This document shows, one piece after another, positions 63,701 through 64,000 of a stretch of 64,000 bases of DNA; within the stretch, counting starts at the first letter, position 1, and the number at the start of each line of letters is the position of its first letter. The stretch lies in assembly GCA_035949675.1 (NCBI GenBank), contig DASZHY010000092.1, positions 3,851 through 67,850 on the forward strand, read 5' to 3'. The notes under the pieces are model-generated. The model saw only the letters and a list, made by a program, of their open reading frames with translations. It was not told the origin of the DNA and ran no database searches. This stretch comes from Thermoanaerobaculia bacterium (GTDB taxonomy: Bacteria > Acidobacteriota > Thermoanaerobaculia > Multivoradales > UBA5704). A program made the position numbers and the translations under genes.

Positions 63701-64000
63701 ATGAGCCCCACCGCAACCGCCGTCGAAACCCCTGAGACCGCAACCGACCATCAGCAGAGCCCAACCATCAACGAGCTCAACCCCTACATCTGCCTCAACG
63801 GCACCGTCGAAAAGGCGATCCGCCTCTACGAGAGCGCGCTCGGCGCGAAGGTCGAGAGCGTGCAGCGCTACGGCGACGTGCCCGGCGGCGGCTGCGGCCC
63901 CGTCGCGGCCGAGCACCAAAGCCTGATCATCCATGCCGCCGTGCGCATCGGCCCGGGCGTGGTCATGTTCACCGACACGACGCCCGAGCGGGCGGCCCCG
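63701..64000 (+). CDS. VOC/glyoxalase-family (PhnB-like) protein, 5' part (continues past the window end)
   Basis: RBS GGAGGAAAG and the ATG at 63701. The sequence INELNPYICLNGTVEKAIRLYESALGAKVESVQRYGD...LIIHAAVRIG is typical of PhnB/VOC. Confidence 0.6.
   Translation, partial: MSPTATAVETPETATDHQQSPTINELNPYICLNGTVEKAIRLYESALGAKVESVQRYGDVPGGGCGPVAAEHQSLIIHAAVRIGPGVVMFTDTTPERAAP

Noticed and set aside
1-64000. CRISPR arrays, rRNA genes, complete prophage
   Set aside because: No regularly spaced direct repeats with unique spacers, no rRNA-like conserved stretches, and no phage structural gene block were seen. The only tandem repeats are short coding or intergenic microsatellite-like units.

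Overview
This is a chromosomal window of about 70% GC from an unidentified high-GC bacterium. The PilZ and MamK-like genes and the Bacillus-like smf-topA-gid-codV-clpQ-clpY synteny suggest Myxococcota, Acidobacteriota or a candidate phylum; the taxonomy is not resolvable from sequence alone. It opens with the end of dprA, then topA, trmFO, xerC, hslV and hslU. That conserved block is interrupted by a lower-GC island of about 3.3 kb. The island encodes a ParB/Srx-like nuclease-domain protein, a small Ala/Lys-rich protein and an SDH/ClpP-fold serine peptidase, and is flanked by an IS1-like transposase with its own promoter. I rate this the best candidate for an undescribed accessory (possibly defence) module. 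Three paralogous secreted multidomain proteins (a type-1 copper cupredoxin domain, Calx-beta repeats and an FN3 domain in two of them) share a conserved C-terminal domain of about 130 aa ending in CP. Two of them share an approximately 770-bp near-identical DNA block and a TGAACC-N17-GACTCA upstream motif. A Fur-linked iron-uptake operon contains two fusion genes, an FTR1 permease fused to a DUF2318-like domain and an ABC ATPase fused to a DtxR-like domain. An orphan 57-aa Cys-rich peptide with a double-glycine-type leader lies on the minus strand behind an AT-rich promoter region. It sits next to a minus-strand cluster encoding a MamK-like actin, an AmiC-type amidase, a VWA-like secreted protein and a PilZ protein with an AMIN-like domain. 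Other content includes a large BNR/FN3/cadherin-like adhesin, two MacB/Lol-like ABC exporters, gdhA, gltA, queD, lysine-catabolism genes, a VapBC pair, and a roughly 100-bp GC-rich repeat element present in two inverted copies. I found no rRNA, complete tRNA or CRISPR array. Many long antisense ORFs in the six-frame track are high-GC artefacts.
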